Source: a virus (lineage: Duplodnaviria; Caudoviricetes). From it: a stretch of 46,500 nucleotides of DNA. Shown here piece by piece: positions 45,094 through 46,500 of this stretch. Both the position numbers and the translations under genes were made by a program. The stretch lies in the IMG/VR virus record IMGVR_UViG_3300020045_008194, positions 1-46,500 of that record; one strand, written 5' to 3'. Each line of letters begins with the position of its first letter. The first letter of the stretch is position 1. Below the pieces are notes generated by a model. The model worked only from the letters and a program-made list of their open reading frames with translations. It made no database searches and had not been told where the DNA came from.

Positions 45094-45888
45094 TTAAAGG
45101 GCCGCACAAGCTGAAGGGTTTTGATCAATTATCTTTTCCACTTCTGTTAATAAAGCTACGACTTCAGGACGAAATTCAACTTCTTTTCTATTGATCGGAC
45201 CGTAATGTTTTCTAAGTGTACGTAGAGTGATAGCTGCATATTCTGCTGCGAAAGCTGGACATTGCCTTGCCATCTCTTGAAAAGTTCTACCCGGCCCAGA
45301 TCCGTAAATAGTACTAGATGATTGTGAACAAGTTATACCTTCTTTAAATACTTCTAAATAACACTCTTGGTGATACTCAGTAAGCATGTCTTTTAAAGAT
45401 TGGTGAGCAGATGAAGAGTTGAAAGAAGTTTGAAACATTCCAGCTTCAGCAGTTGTTGCAGTAACATTATTTGCTGAAAGATCTCTACCTTCGCAATATT
45501 TTCCTGAACTCTCGCGCATCCCTAGACCAATTAAAAAAGCGTAAGTATTTTTATTTGATGGAACGATATTGTAGTATTTTAACGCATCCTTATCTTCACT
45601 ACCAAGAATCATGTCTCCTGCGACCTTGTGAGGAGCACAGTAAGCTCTAGCGTAGACAAGAGACATTCCCTTCAGATAACTTACAGGAGCTTTTCCACGG
45701 CCTTTAAAAGAGTACTGAGCAGCTCCTGAAGTGGAAGCAGCAAGCATGATCTGAGCTTTAACAGCATTGACAGGTAATTGAGCACCGGGTTCTAGTACTA
45801 TAGGAGCATCTGGAATAGGTTGTGGTTTTTCTTTGTGGGCACAAGCAGCAATAAAAAGTGTAACGATAACTGAAATAAGTAACTTCAT
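45094..45888 (-). CDS. Lipoprotein with lysozyme-like (putative muralytic) domain
   Basis: MKLLISVIVTLFIAAC lipobox; GMRESSG and AEAGMFQTS match the ES...GxxQ signature of lysozyme-fold enzymes. Confidence 0.65.
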   Translation of the reverse strand: MKLLISVIVTLFIAACAHKEKPQPIPDAPIVLEPGAQLPVNAVKAQIMLAASTSGAAQYSFKGRGKAPVSYLKGMSLVYARAYCAPHKVAGDMILGSEDKDALKYYNIVPSNKNTYAFLIGLGMRESSGKYCEGRDLSANNVTATTAEAGMFQTSFNSSSAHQSLKDMLTEYHQECYLEVFKEGITCSQSSSTIYGSGPGRTFQEMARQCPAFAAEYAAITLRTLRKHYGPINRKEVEFRPEVVALLTEVEKIIDQNPSACAAL

Positions 45889-45902
45889 AAGTCTCTCCAT
45901 AA

Positions 45903-46301
45903 CTAGGGTTTGAAGAAAATTGTGCCAGTTGCTTTATAACTTGTAAATGCTACAGATTGAAAATGTACCCATGAACCTTGATCTTCTTCGATCCATAATC
46001 CAATTTCTCTCAAAAGTTCTTCGTTCTTTTTACACCACTCATAGAGCTTTCCATCTGGATCGGAAATATCAACTGCTTGGCAAAATAAATGTCTTGAACC
46101 CCACGGTACGTGTTTTCCAGCAGCGATTCGTTTTCTATAAATTCTTTTATGTTCTGCTACAGTTCTGTATCCAGATGTAACAATCATTGGTTGTGACCAA
46201 GCATCTCTAACTTTATTTATCTTTACCAAGAGATCTAAAAGATTTATCTCGTACTCAGGAGGACATTCAAAACCTTTTAGAATTTCTCTACGGTAAATCA
46301 T
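45903..46301 (-). CDS. Endolysin, peptidase M15 family
   Basis: VTSGYR, SRHLFCQAVDI (SxHx6D) and WVHF zinc-binding motifs. Confidence 0.88.
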   Translation of the reverse strand: MIYRREILKGFECPPEYEINLLDLLVKINKVRDAWSQPMIVTSGYRTVAEHKRIYRKRIAAGKHVPWGSRHLFCQAVDISDPDGKLYEWCKKNEELLREIGLWIEEDQGSWVHFQSVAFTSYKATGTIFFKP

Positions 46302-46337
46302 CTACGGCCCTACCCATTGTATTGAGAAATAATTTTA

Positions 46338-46500
46338 TTAATACACACCATTGCAAAAAAGTTTTCCATATGAATCAAATGCTATTGAAAAGTTATCAGT
46401 TTGAAAAGTTAATGAAGAGCAGTTCAAGCATGAGTTTGTTGGAAATTGTAACTCAAGACCGTTACCAGTGTTACCGACACAATTAAGTTCGCTATAAGTT
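46338..46500 (-). CDS. C-terminal end of a Cys-rich protein (5'-truncated by window)
   Basis: Open frame ...TYSELNCVGNTGNGLELQFPTNSCLNCSSLTFQTDNFSIAFDSYGKLFCNGVY*. Confidence 0.5.
   Translation of the reverse strand, partial: TYSELNCVGNTGNGLELQFPTNSCLNCSSLTFQTDNFSIAFDSYGKLFCNGVY

Noticed and set aside
1-46500. Diversity-generating retroelement, as in BPP-1
   Set aside because: No reverse transcriptase and no adenine-variant TR/VR pair seen; the fibre 3' end lies outside the window, so it is not excluded for the whole genome.
1-46500. Stop-codon reassignment
   Set aside because: Core genes are full length under the standard code, and TAA, TAG and TGA all end genes.

Overview
The window is most of a dsDNA tailed phage genome (podovirus-type, BPP-1/APSE-like virion module, AT-rich, standard genetic code). 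Layout: (i) a minus-strand packaging and virion operon from terS (24003) through terL, portal, scaffold, major capsid, cement, tail tubular A/B, three ejection proteins, a fibre adaptor and a tail fibre running off the left edge; (ii) a ~1.2 kb non-coding control/terminus region (24004-25172); (iii) a plus-strand cluster of small early genes (25173-32438); (iv) a divergent replication block (primase-polymerase/helicase, HNH, VRR-NUC and SF2 helicase on minus; Cas4-like DUF2800 exonuclease, DUF2815-like SSB and a family B DNA polymerase on plus); (v) a minus-strand lysis cassette (M15 peptidase, lipoprotein lysozyme-like enzyme, membrane proteins, lipoproteins). I saw no integrase, tRNA, rRNA or CRISPR array. 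Most notable: the tail fibre and a protein from the head module both carry Sec-type signal peptides, suggesting virion parts are exported and added outside the cytoplasm. Also notable: a 13-bp palindrome TGAACAWTGTTCA in six copies (three on sigma70-like promoters), a possible Bdellovibrio-type LexA box on a promoter ahead of a structured small RNA, and a pseudoknot-like leader before the HNH gene. A Bdellovibrionota-like host is an inference. All family assignments come from motif recognition by eye, not database searches.
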